Part shown: piece by piece, positions 10,037 to 19,113 of the stretch
Position numbering within the stretch: position 1 is the stretch's first letter
Layout: each line of letters starts with the position of its first letter
Position numbers and translations under genes: made by a program
Assembly: GCA_963729995.1 (NCBI GenBank)
Contig: CAVSPF010000005.1
Coordinates: 24,344 to 88,343 of the forward strand
Length of the DNA stretch: 64,000 bases
Direction: 5' to 3'
Origin: an uncultured Solirubrobacterales bacterium
GTDB lineage: Bacteria > Actinomycetota > Thermoleophilia > Solirubrobacterales > 70-9
Notes under the pieces: generated by a model
Told to the model about the DNA's origin: nothing
The model's input: the letters and a program-made list of their open reading frames with translations, nothing else
Databases searched by the model: none

Positions 10037-11110
10037 TCAGACCTTGATCGTGATCACGTCGCCGTCCTGGACGACGTAGTCGCGCCCCTCGATGCGAAGC
10101 AGGCCCCGGTCGCGGGCGGCCACGTAGCCGCCGCATTCGACCAGTTGCTCCCAGCCGATCGCCTCCGCCTTGACAAAGGCGTCCTGGATCTCCGTGTGGA
10201 TCGTCCCCGCCGCCTCCCAGGCGGTGGCGCCGCGGTCCAGCGGGCGAGCGACCGCTTCCTTGCCCTCGCCCGCAGTGAAGAAGGTGATCAGCTCGAGCAG
10301 GTCGTAGGCGGCGCGGACGAGGCGCGCCAGGCCCGAGCCCTCGACCCCGTAGGACCCGCGCATCTCCTCGGCTTCGGCCGGATCTAGCTCGGCCAGCTCG
10401 CCCTCGATCCTGGCGCTGACCGCGACCACCCCGGCGCCGACGGTGGCGGCGTGGGAGACGACCGCCTCCGGCACCGCGGCGTCACCCTCGTCGACGTTGG
10501 CCACGTAGAGGACCGGCTTCGAGGTCAGCGCCTGGAGGTTGCGCACCGCGCCCGGGGCCGCGGCGGGGACGGGGACTGAGCGGGCCGGCCGCCCGGCAGC
10601 CAGCGCCTCGTGCACCGCCTGCAGCCAGTCGCGCTCCGCCATCGCCTCGGTGTCGCCGGACTTGGCCTGCTTGGTGACACGTTCCAACCGCCGCTCGGTC
10701 TGGTCGAAGTCCGCGAGCAGCAGCTCGGTCTCGATCGTCTCGATGTCGGCCAGCGGGTCGATCCGCCCGTCAGGGTGGGGGACCCCGGGGTCGGCGTGGC
10801 AGCGGACGACATGGCAGATCGCGTCGGTCTCGCGAATCGAGGCAAGGAACCGGTTGCCGAGCCCCTCCCCTTCCGAGGCGCCCTTGACCAGACCGGCGAT
10901 GTCGTGGAAGGAGACCGTCGCCGGCACCAGCTCCGAGCTGCCGACGGTCTCCGCCACCCGCTCCAGCCGCTCGTCGGGCACCTGCGCGATGGCAACGTTG
11001 GGCTCGATCGTCGTGAACGGGTAGTCGCCGGTCTGCGCGCCACCCTTGGTGAGTGCGTTGAAGAGCGTCGACTTACCGGCGTTGGGCAGGCCAACGATCC
11101 CGACCTTCAT
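10037..11110 (-). CDS. ychF: Ribosome-binding ATPase YchF
   Basis: MKVGIVGLPNAGKSTLFNALT G1 motif, a TGS-like C-terminus and the typical 357-aa length. Confidence 0.95.
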   Translation of the reverse strand: MKVGIVGLPNAGKSTLFNALTKGGAQTGDYPFTTIEPNVAIAQVPDERLERVAETVGSSELVPATVSFHDIAGLVKGASEGEGLGNRFLASIRETDAICHVVRCHADPGVPHPDGRIDPLADIETIETELLLADFDQTERRLERVTKQAKSGDTEAMAERDWLQAVHEALAAGRPARSVPVPAAAPGAVRNLQALTSKPVLYVANVDEGDAAVPEAVVSHAATVGAGVVAVSARIEGELAELDPAEAEEMRGSYGVEGSGLARLVRAAYDLLELITFFTAGEGKEAVARPLDRGATAWEAAGTIHTEIQDAFVKAEAIGWEQLVECGGYVAARDRGLLRIEGRDYVVQDGDVITIKV

Positions 11111-11132
11111 CGAACGCCACCTCCCCTGCGCC

Positions 11133-11627
11133 TCATAACGACAGGGGGACGATCAATCCGAGGGCGACCCCGAGCACAGCGCCGGCGAGGACGTCGGAGG
11201 GATAGTGCATCCCCAGGTAGGGACGCCCCAGGGCGAGAGCGAGGGCGACGGCGAACGCGGTCGCGGTCGCCGGGTCGACCCGGAACATCGCGGTAGCCAC
11301 CGCAAACGAGGAGAGGGCATGGGCGGAGGGGAAGCTGAGTGAGCTGGGAGCGCCGCCCAACGGCGGCAGGCCCTCGAGTACCGGGCGCGGGCGCTTCACC
11401 AGGACCTTGATCCCGTAGTTGAGGACGATCGCGACCGGCCCCAACGCCGCGCAGATCAGCCAGGCTCCGCGGTTCCCCGAGTCGAGCAGGGCGAGCACGA
11501 CCCCGAGGACGACCCAAACCGCCCCGTTGTTACCAGCCTTCCCCAACGCCTTGGCAGCTCCCTCCAAGCCAGGCGTATGCCCACGGGTTCGCATCAGGCG
11601 CAACAGCTTCAGGTCAAGAGTCTCCAT
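11133..11627 (-). CDS. PAP2-family phosphatase (membrane)
   Basis: KxxxxxxRP (KVLVKRPRP), PSAH (SFPSAHA) and the HYPSD motif. Starts at METLDL. The 395-aa track ORF extends spuriously upstream. Confidence 0.75.
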   Translation of the reverse strand: METLDLKLLRLMRTRGHTPGLEGAAKALGKAGNNGAVWVVLGVVLALLDSGNRGAWLICAALGPVAIVLNYGIKVLVKRPRPVLEGLPPLGGAPSSLSFPSAHALSSFAVATAMFRVDPATATAFAVALALALGRPYLGMHYPSDVLAGAVLGVALGLIVPLSL

Positions 11628-11666
11628 CGGCGGCGGAGGATATTGGGCGCCCCGTCCTCCGGGGTC

Positions 11667-12647
11667 ATGCAGAATCCCCCAATGCCCTTCGTCGCCGGTT
11701 ACCGGCATATCCCCGGTCATCACTGCGGCTCGACCGCGCTGCGCAACCTGCTCGCCTTCCACGGCGTCGAGATCAGCGAGGAGATGGCGTTCGGGCTCGG
11801 GGCGGGCGCCTGCTTCTACTACGTGACCATCGAGGACGCCTCGCCGACCCGCTGGTTCAACGGCCGCACCGCGCGCCTCGAGGAGACCTTCGACGAGCTG
11901 ACCGGGGCAGCTCTGGAGCTGCGTACGTTCGAGGCGGGCGAGGACGCCTGGGAGGCGGCTCGGGCCGAGGTCGACGCCGGCAACCCGGTCCTCCTCCTCA
12001 CCGACCTCTACTACCTCGACCACTACGGCAACTCGGCCCACTTCCCCGGTCACGCGGTCGTCCTCGCCGGCTACGACGAGGAGCTCGCCCACCTCTCCGA
12101 CACCGGCTTCGAGGAGCTTCAGACGACGCGCCTGGAGAGCCTCGACCGGGCGCGTCACAGCGGCCATCCCGCCTACCCGCTTCAGGGCCACATGTTCACC
12201 GCCTCGGGCACGGTCACGCCCGAGCAGCTGCGCGACGCGATCCCGGCCGCGATCGAGCGTGCCGCCCGGGCGATGGTCGAGCCCGAGTTCCGCAACTTCT
12301 CCGGCCTCGACGCCGTCCATCGCCTCGCCGAGGAGGCCGGCTCATGGCCCGAGGTCGCGGAGGACTGGCAGTGGTGCGCCCGCTTCGGCTACCAGGTGAT
12401 CGAGCGTCGCGGCACCGGCGGCGGCGCCTTCCGCCTCATGTACTCCCGCTTCCTCGAGGAGGCCGGCCGCCCCGAGGCCTCCCTTGCCGCCGACGCCGCC
12501 GCCGGCTGGTCCGACCTCGCCGGCGCCTTCCACACGGCCAGCGAGTCCGAAGAGCCCGACCCTCGCCACTGGCGCGCCATCGGCGACGCCGCCCACCGGG
12601 TGGCCGAGATGGAGCACCGCCTCTGGTACTCATTGGCCACTCCGTAG
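11667..12647 (+). CDS. BtrH-N/DUF4872-like (papain-like fold) protein
   Basis: HHCGSTALRNLLAFHGVEISEEMAFGLGAG resembles the butirosin BtrH N-terminal domain family. Start is 11667 or 11682. Confidence 0.55.
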   Translation: MQNPPMPFVAGYRHIPGHHCGSTALRNLLAFHGVEISEEMAFGLGAGACFYYVTIEDASPTRWFNGRTARLEETFDELTGAALELRTFEAGEDAWEAARAEVDAGNPVLLLTDLYYLDHYGNSAHFPGHAVVLAGYDEELAHLSDTGFEELQTTRLESLDRARHSGHPAYPLQGHMFTASGTVTPEQLRDAIPAAIERAARAMVEPEFRNFSGLDAVHRLAEEAGSWPEVAEDWQWCARFGYQVIERRGTGGGAFRLMYSRFLEEAGRPEASLAADAAAGWSDLAGAFHTASESEEPDPRHWRAIGDAAHRVAEMEHRLWYSLATP

Positions 12648-12775
12648 CCCCATCCGGTTCTCGTTGGCCACTACGTAGTAACCACCGATGATCCCGTTGG
12701 CTCGAGTGTGTACCGTTTGGAAGTGCGGGAGGCGGGGTAGTCCAAATGGAACACCGTCTCTTGGAGGAGAGTTAG

Positions 12776-15607
12776 ATGAGAAGGAAGGCAAGCCCTGCCG
12801 GGCTGCTTGTGCTCGCTGCCGCGTTTTTTGTCCTTGCGATTGCTGCGTCGCCTGCCCACGCCGCGATCTCGATCAAAAAATGGGAATCGAATACCTGCAA
12901 AACAAACGCTGACCTACCTACCGAATTCGGCGAAGCAGGGCAAGAAGTCGGATATGAATCGACGCTGCCGGCGCCTGCCGGTCAGTGCACTGAATCAACG
13001 TCGGCAAAACTCTTTACCCAGGCGGCCGGCCACCCCAACTTGGGCATCACCGACTTCAGGGTGATCACGTTTCCGGGACCGCCCACCACGGAAGCCGGGG
13101 GCTTTCCGACGGCCTTTGTCAAAGACATCGTCGTCGACACTCCCGCAGGGCTGAGCGTCAACCCAGAGGCCCTTCCCAAATGCACCATCGCACAGCTGAC
13201 GACGCTGACCTGCCCGCCCGCCTCTCTGGTGGGCACCAACTACCTGACCGTTGCGGCTCAGTCCCCGAACGAAGTCACAAAAAAATGTGAACCGACCCTT
13301 GTGCCCGGCGAATGTGCACAGGTCCGGATAGCGCTTCCGGTCTACAACGTGGTTCCCTTTGAAGGGGTGCCGTCGATGGTTGGCTTCATGACCAAAGCGG
13401 GGCCGACCTTCATCGTTGGCTCGCTGAGCCCGGTGGACCAGCACGTGACCTTCACGATCAGCAATATCCACCCGCCGTCGCCGACCAGCCCGCCTATCAT
13501 CGAGTCGCGGCTCGTCTTCAATGGGCGTGCCGGCAACGGGACCTATCTGACGACACCCAGCGACTGCGCCGGAGGTCTGGTTTCGCTGCTTCACCTCGAC
13601 TCGCAGGGCCCTCCCTACGAAGCGGAACAGACCAAAGCCGAAGCGCCCACACCTCCCAGCAGCGTGACTGACTGCGAACTGGTGCCATTCAAACCCACCA
13701 TCGCGGTCAATCCTCAGGGTGGTGCCGTCGACTCGCCCGAGGCGACCACCGTCAACGTGGGCATCCCGTTCGATCCCACGGAACCGATCGCGAACTCCTA
13801 CCTGAAGACAGCGAAAGTCACGTTGCCGGAAGGGATGGGGCTCAACCCCGCCTCCGCCAACGGCCTGGTGGCCTGCACCGATGAACAGTTCCATTACCAC
13901 ACGAACCTCCCGATCGAATGTCCCGATGCCTCGAAGATCGGCAGCGTCGAAGTGCAGACGCCCTCATTGCCGGCGGACTCGCTCGGCGGCACCGTCTATG
14001 TCGGCCAGCCGCTCAGCAACGACCCGACCACAGGCGAACAGTTCCGCATCTTCATCCACGTGATGTCGACCCGCTACGGCGTCAACGTGCGCCTGGTCGG
14101 CAAGGTGTTCCCGAACCTGAAAACGGGACAGCTCACCGCCGTCGTCGACGAAAACCCCCAGGCGACGTTCAGCTCCTTCAAGCTGCGCCTCAACGGCGGC
14201 CCAAAGGGGACGCTGACAACGCCCGGCACCTGCGGTCCGCACACAACCACAACGCAGATGACTCCCTGGTCCGGCAATCCAGACGAAAACACGCCGACCG
14301 GGTCATTCACCCTGACCAGCGACCCGAGCGGAGGAAGCTGCCCGCAAACGCTGGCCGCTCGCCCGTTCGTGCCCAGCTACACGGCTGCTTCCGACAGCGC
14401 CAATGCGGGCGCCTACAGCCCGTTCCGAGTGCACATCGGTCGTACCGACGGCCAGCAGGAGCTGAAGGCCGTCAATGTGACCCTGCCCAAGGGCCTGACC
14501 GGCAAGCTCGCCGGTATCCCCTACTGCTCCGACGCCGCCATCGCGGCGGCGGCGGCCACCAGCGGCACGGCTCAACAGGCGAGCTCCAGCTGCTCGGCGG
14601 AAAGCATGATTGGGACCACGACGACCGCCGCCGGAAGCGGAAGCGGCCCGATCAAGGTCGCCGGCAAGGCGTTCCTGGCCGGCCCGTACAAGGGGGCGCC
14701 GCTGTCGATGGCGGTGATCACTCCGGGCGTCGCCGGCCCCTACGACATCGGCACCATCGTCGTCAGGGTCGCCCTGAAGGTGAACCCCGAAACCGCTCAG
14801 GTCAACGCGGTCTCCGACACGATTCCGGATGTGTTCGGCGGAGTCAAGCTGGACATCCGCTCGATCGACGTCAACGTCGACCGCAGCAAGTTCATGCTCA
14901 ACCCGACGAACTGTGCCGCCCAGGCGACCAGCGGCACGATCAACGGGGGGGGCGGCGACCCGTCCAATCCGGCGGCGTTCAGCTCCTACCCGGTCAGCAG
15001 CCCGTATGCGGCAACCGGGTGCGACAGCCTCGGCTTCAAACCGAAGCTGCACACGCGGTTGTACGGCCCAACGACGCGGGCGAAGAACCCGCGCCTGCGG
15101 GCGATCCTGGAAGCTCGCAAAGGCGACGCAAACATCAGCCGCACGGCGCTGAACCTGCCGCATTCGGTGTTCCTCGACCAGAGCCACATCAAAACCGTGT
15201 GCACGAGGGTGCAGCTGGCATCGGGCAGCTGCCCGACGACGGCCATCTATGGCCATGCCGAAGCGAAGACGCCGCTGCTCAGCAATAAGTTGAAGGGCCC
15301 GGTCTACCTGGTGTCCTCCAACCACAAGCTGCCGGACCTGGTCGCCGACCTGCGCGGTCAGGTGAACATCCAGCTGCACGGCGTGATCAGCTCCAAGCGG
15401 GGCGGGATCAAGACCGTGTTCAACCGGCTGCCGGATGTCCCGGTGAAGAAGTTCATTCTGAACATGGACGGCGGGAAGAAGAGCCTCCTGGTCAACTCGA
15501 CGAACCTCTGCAAGGGCAAGCAGACCTCGGTGCTGAACATCAAGGCTCAAAACGGCAAGCAGGTCAAGAACAACAGGTTGCCGCTCAGGGTCACGTCCTG
15601 CCACTGA
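12776..15607 (+). CDS. Large secreted protein, function unknown
   Basis: GGAGGAG lies 6 nt before the ATG. Clear signal peptide (LLVLAAAFFVLAIAASPAHA|A). 943 aa, Thr/Pro/Gly/Ser-rich with many paired Cys. The 5' end is distinctly AT-richer than its neighbours. Confidence 0.7.
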   Translation: MRRKASPAGLLVLAAAFFVLAIAASPAHAAISIKKWESNTCKTNADLPTEFGEAGQEVGYESTLPAPAGQCTESTSAKLFTQAAGHPNLGITDFRVITFPGPPTTEAGGFPTAFVKDIVVDTPAGLSVNPEALPKCTIAQLTTLTCPPASLVGTNYLTVAAQSPNEVTKKCEPTLVPGECAQVRIALPVYNVVPFEGVPSMVGFMTKAGPTFIVGSLSPVDQHVTFTISNIHPPSPTSPPIIESRLVFNGRAGNGTYLTTPSDCAGGLVSLLHLDSQGPPYEAEQTKAEAPTPPSSVTDCELVPFKPTIAVNPQGGAVDSPEATTVNVGIPFDPTEPIANSYLKTAKVTLPEGMGLNPASANGLVACTDEQFHYHTNLPIECPDASKIGSVEVQTPSLPADSLGGTVYVGQPLSNDPTTGEQFRIFIHVMSTRYGVNVRLVGKVFPNLKTGQLTAVVDENPQATFSSFKLRLNGGPKGTLTTPGTCGPHTTTTQMTPWSGNPDENTPTGSFTLTSDPSGGSCPQTLAARPFVPSYTAASDSANAGAYSPFRVHIGRTDGQQELKAVNVTLPKGLTGKLAGIPYCSDAAIAAAAATSGTAQQASSSCSAESMIGTTTTAAGSGSGPIKVAGKAFLAGPYKGAPLSMAVITPGVAGPYDIGTIVVRVALKVNPETAQVNAVSDTIPDVFGGVKLDIRSIDVNVDRSKFMLNPTNCAAQATSGTINGGGGDPSNPAAFSSYPVSSPYAATGCDSLGFKPKLHTRLYGPTTRAKNPRLRAILEARKGDANISRTALNLPHSVFLDQSHIKTVCTRVQLASGSCPTTAIYGHAEAKTPLLSNKLKGPVYLVSSNHKLPDLVADLRGQVNIQLHGVISSKRGGIKTVFNRLPDVPVKKFILNMDGGKKSLLVNSTNLCKGKQTSVLNIKAQNGKQVKNNRLPLRVTSCH

Positions 15608-15703
15608 GATGGCGACGGCGCAGCGGGCGCTCTGCCCGCCGCGCCACAGCCGCCGCTGGGCCGGCGCCTCAGCCGGGGAGGATCTGCTCGCCTGGCTCGC
15701 GCA

Positions 15704-15931
15704 TCAGTCCGGGGGGCTGAGCGAGAAGCCGACGCGGTGCTCGCCCGAGTCGATGCGCAGGAAGGCCACCTTGCCGACGTAGACCGCGAGGACTCCGTCC
15801 TCGGTCTTCACGTCGTGCCAGCCGCCCTTCTCCACCTGCTTGCGGAGGTCCCGCAGCTCGTCGTCGGTTAGCCGCACCGAGACGACCTGACCGCCCTCGA
15901 AGCCGATCTCCACACGCCGCGCCTCCGCCAT
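15704..15931 (-). CDS. Small conserved hypothetical protein
   Basis: 75-aa ORF whose ATG overlaps the stop of the upstream epimerase gene (ATGA-type coupling). Confidence 0.5.
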   Translation of the reverse strand: MAEARRVEIGFEGGQVVSVRLTDDELRDLRKQVEKGGWHDVKTEDGVLAVYVGKVAFLRIDSGEHRVGFSLSPPD

Positions 15932-16347
15932 CAGTGCTCTCCTCTCGCCGGTTCGACGATCTCGGTCAGCACCCCGCCCGTCGAGCGCGGGTGCAGGAAG
16001 GCGACGCGGCTTTCGCGGATGCCCGCCCTCGCCTCACGGTCGATCAGCTCGATCCCGGCCGTCGCCAGCCTCTCCAGCGTCGCGTCGATGTCGTCGACGG
16101 CGTAGGCGACATGGTGCAGGCCAGGGCCCTTGCTGGAGAGGAACCTGCCGACTGGCGTATCCGGCCCGAGCGGCCGGAGCAGCTCGACGTGCCCGTCGCC
16201 GACATCGAGGAGGACCGCCTCGACCCCCTGCGACTCGACCGTCTCGCGGTAGGTCAGATTCATCTCGAAGCTCTTCTCGTAGAGGGCGATCGCGGCATCG
16301 ATGTCCTCGACGGCGACGCCAATGTGATCGATTCTGCCAAACATCAA
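15931..16347 (-). CDS. mce: Methylmalonyl-CoA epimerase (VOC/glyoxalase fold)
   Basis: IDHIGVAVEDIDAAIALYE ... HHVAYAVDDI ... FLHP, a typical epimerase pattern at the typical 138-aa size. Confidence 0.85.
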   Translation of the reverse strand: MMFGRIDHIGVAVEDIDAAIALYEKSFEMNLTYRETVESQGVEAVLLDVGDGHVELLRPLGPDTPVGRFLSSKGPGLHHVAYAVDDIDATLERLATAGIELIDREARAGIRESRVAFLHPRSTGGVLTEIVEPARGEH

Positions 16348-17180
16348 ATTCCGCCTGTGTTTCCCTTCGTCGCCGCGGGTGGCGCAGTGTATGCGTGCTC
16401 GGCGCGAAGGATCTCGGCAAGCGCGGCAACCCCAACCTGGAGTTGCTCGGGCGTCGGCTCCCTGGTGGCCAGGTGACGCTGGATCTCGCGGCCGGGGGTG
16501 TGGAACGCCTCGGCCAGGGGCGTGCCGTGGTGACGGTCGCTCCAGGCGAACAGCTCCACGGCGAGCGAAGCGCCCCCGAGTCCGACCCCGGCGCGGGCAA
16601 GCGGTCCCGGGCGCTCCACCAGACGCTCCAGCAGCACCGTGCCCCCAACCGAAAGCAGCATCATCGGCGCGATCAGGTTGGAGCCGCAGCGGTCGTGCTC
16701 CTTGGGAACCGTCGCCGGGTCGTCGATTCCCTGCTCGTAAGCGGCGATCGCCTTGTGCTCGACACCGTGGTATGCGGCGAGGTCCCGGTTCATCAGCGCC
16801 ACCATCGCCGGCACGACTCCGATCGCCTGTACGAGGCCCTCGCGCATGGCCGACATCGCCAGCTTCCTGCGCAACGCGGTGGTCGCCACCAGCGTCGCGC
16901 CAATCGCGGTGACCACGCGCCGGTCCTCGAAGGGCAAACGCGCGGCCGGCAGGCGGCGGCGCACCAGCGGCAGCACGACCAGCGCCTCGGCCAGTTTCAG
17001 TGGCCCGCGCAAGCCCGGCAGGCGGGCGGCGAGGCGAGGCGCCAACTCGGGTTTGGGACCCGAAACCACCTGGATGTCCCCGTGCCGGTCGCGCACCGCC
17101 GCGGCCCAGTGGGTCGGCCCGTGGATGAGCAGGCCATTGCGCAGCGCCATCCCGCCAAGTCTCAGCTTCTCGGAACTCAT
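16344..17180 (-). CDS. DUF1385-domain membrane protein
   Basis: GGMALRNGLLIHGP ... YHGVEHKAIAAYE motifs characteristic of DUF1385. 4-nt overlap with mce. Confidence 0.7.
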   Translation of the reverse strand: MSSEKLRLGGMALRNGLLIHGPTHWAAAVRDRHGDIQVVSGPKPELAPRLAARLPGLRGPLKLAEALVVLPLVRRRLPAARLPFEDRRVVTAIGATLVATTALRRKLAMSAMREGLVQAIGVVPAMVALMNRDLAAYHGVEHKAIAAYEQGIDDPATVPKEHDRCGSNLIAPMMLLSVGGTVLLERLVERPGPLARAGVGLGGASLAVELFAWSDRHHGTPLAEAFHTPGREIQRHLATREPTPEQLQVGVAALAEILRAEHAYTAPPAATKGNTGGI

Positions 17181-17277
17181 CGCACGGACCTTAGAGGAGG
17201 CCGGGTGTCGTCACCACGTACGACGACCGCGGTGCGCGCGGTCGTCGACTCCCCCCTGTTTCTCCCCATTTAGGGTC

Positions 17278-17312
17278 CCGGCCGGAGGCCCCCAGTCCAG
17301 GCCTCCGGCCGG
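17278..17312. other. Perfect 13-bp GC-rich hairpin in the rarA/DUF1385 intergenic region
   Basis: CCGGCCGGAGGCC - 9-nt loop - GGCCTCCGGCCGG. Confidence 0.5.
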
Positions 17313-17456
17313 TGTGTCGGCTCTCCCTGGCTCTAGCTTGGAAAGCCAAACCTGAAACACGGGATGTCAGAGGAAGTTGCGGCTGTGACTAAGAGCCCGT
17401 CTCGAAACCCCGCGTGTGCGACTGGCGAGCGCCGGACCGAGCGGGGCAAGGACGCA

Positions 17457-17492
17457 GGAGGCCGGCCAATGCCGGGAGCATTGCCGGCCTCC
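17457..17492 (-). terminator. Candidate intrinsic terminator of rarA (no U-tract)
   Basis: 14-bp stem with one bulge (GGAGGCCGGC(C)AATG / CATTGCCGGCCTCC) and a 7-nt loop, 65 nt downstream of the rarA stop. Confidence 0.45.
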
Positions 17493-17556
17493 GAGGACGC
17501 CGCACCGCGAAGTGTCCGCCGCCGCCAGGCGTGTGCGGGGGGTTTTGAGACGGGTT

Positions 17557-19002
17557 CTAAACGCCGCGAGGCTTCTTACGCAGGCGTTCGATGCGGTCTC
17601 GCAGCTCCACCTCGAAGCCACGGTCGGTCGGGGCGTAGAAATGCAGGTCTTCCAGCCCTCGAGGCATCAGCGGCTGGTCGCTCACCCCGTCCGGCTCGTC
17701 GTGCGCATAGCGGTACCCCTCGCCCCTCCCGAGCTTTCCCGCGCCCGGATAGTGGGCGTCGCGGAGGTAGTCGGGCGGTGTCTTTGCACCGTTCTCGCGA
17801 ACCTCCGCGCGGGCGGCGGCGAGTGCCTTGTAGGACGCATTCGACTTCGGCGCCAGCGCCAGGTAGACGGCGGCCTGGGCCAGGTTGAGCGCACACTCCG
17901 GCAACCCGACCCGGTCCACGGCGCGGGCGGCCGCGTCGGCGACCAGCAGGGCCTGCGGGTCGGCGTTGCCGATGTCCTCGGAGGCGAGGATGACCATGCG
18001 GCGCGCGATGAAGCGCGGGTCCTCGCCGCCCTCCAGCATCACCGCCAGGTAGTAGAGCGACGCGTCGACGTCGGAGCCGCGCGTCGCCTTGATCCAGGCC
18101 GAGATGAAGTCGTAGTGGCGGTCGCCGTCCCGGTCGTATTCGAGTGCCTTGCGCTGCAGCGCATCCTCAACCGCAGTGACGTCAACCGGCTCGCCGCTCG
18201 ACCTCTCGACGGCGCGCTCGAGGGCAGAGAGCGCAACGCGGGCGTCGCCGCCCGAGCGGTGCGCCAGCATCTCCAGCGCCTGCCCCTCAACCGGAGGCGG
18301 GTCGGCCAGGCCGTGCTCGGGATCCGAGAGCGCCCGGCGCAGCAGTCCCTCCACCTGGCCGGGCTCCAGCGGGCGAAGCTCATAGATCTGGCAGCGCGAG
18401 AGCAGGGCCGAGTTGACCTCGAAGTAGGGGTTCTCGGTCGTTGCCCCGATCAAGGTCAGCAGCCCCTCCTCGACCGCCGGCAGCAGCGCGTCCTGCTGCG
18501 CCTTGTTGAAGCGGTGGATCTCGTCGAGGAAGAGGATCGTGGGCCGCCCGCTCAGCTGCCGGCGCTCCCGCGCACGCTCGATGACCGCCCGGATCTCCGC
18601 CCGGCCCGCGTTCACGGCCGACTCCTCCTCGAACGCCCCGTCGGCATGCGTCGCGGCGATCCGCGCCAGCGTCGTCTTCCCCGACCCCGGCGGCCCGTAG
18701 AGGATCGCGCTGTGAGGGTGGCCGCTCTCGATCGCCCGCCGCAGCGCCGACCCCTCCCCCAGCACATGCTCCTGCCCGACCATCTCCTCCAGCATCCGCG
18801 GCCGCATCCGCACGGCCAACGGCGCGTCAGAAGCTGGGACGTCGACAGGGCGGGGCCCTCGTCGCTTTCGAACAGGCGGTCTTCCACTACAGCTGAGTAT
18901 GAGGGCGTCGGAGGCTGTCTCGCCAGCATGTCCATCAAGCTCCGCGATACGTGTGGATGAGGCCACGCCGGGGGTTGTCTCGCCGGTGCCTCCACCCGGC
19001 AC
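17557..19002 (-). CDS. rarA: Replication-associated recombination protein A (AAA+ ATPase)
   Basis: [48 protein letters not shown] and the MgsA C-terminal domain. The true start may lie downstream of 19002 because the N-terminal 60 aa look non-conserved. Confidence 0.9.
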   Translation of the reverse strand: MPGGGTGETTPGVASSTRIAELDGHAGETASDALILSCSGRPPVRKRRGPRPVDVPASDAPLAVRMRPRMLEEMVGQEHVLGEGSALRRAIESGHPHSAILYGPPGSGKTTLARIAATHADGAFEEESAVNAGRAEIRAVIERARERRQLSGRPTILFLDEIHRFNKAQQDALLPAVEEGLLTLIGATTENPYFEVNSALLSRCQIYELRPLEPGQVEGLLRRALSDPEHGLADPPPVEGQALEMLAHRSGGDARVALSALERAVERSSGEPVDVTAVEDALQRKALEYDRDGDRHYDFISAWIKATRGSDVDASLYYLAVMLEGGEDPRFIARRMVILASEDIGNADPQALLVADAAARAVDRVGLPECALNLAQAAVYLALAPKSNASYKALAAARAEVRENGAKTPPDYLRDAHYPGAGKLGRGEGYRYAHDEPDGVSDQPLMPRGLEDLHFYAPTDRGFEVELRDRIERLRKKPRGV

Positions 19003-19113
19003 CGCGGAGTTGTGTTTGCCCGAAGGGGCTCTCGATTACACCCACCGAAGGTGGGTGTTAGGCATCCGGCGAGACAACCCCCGGCGTGGCCTCGCAGCGC
19101 ATACAATCGCGGC

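Noticed and set aside
12995-15604. 301-aa and 433-aa minus-strand ORFs opposite the 943-aa secreted-protein gene
   Set aside because: They are antisense shadows. The + strand ORF has an RBS, a signal peptide and an uninterrupted 2.8-kb frame.
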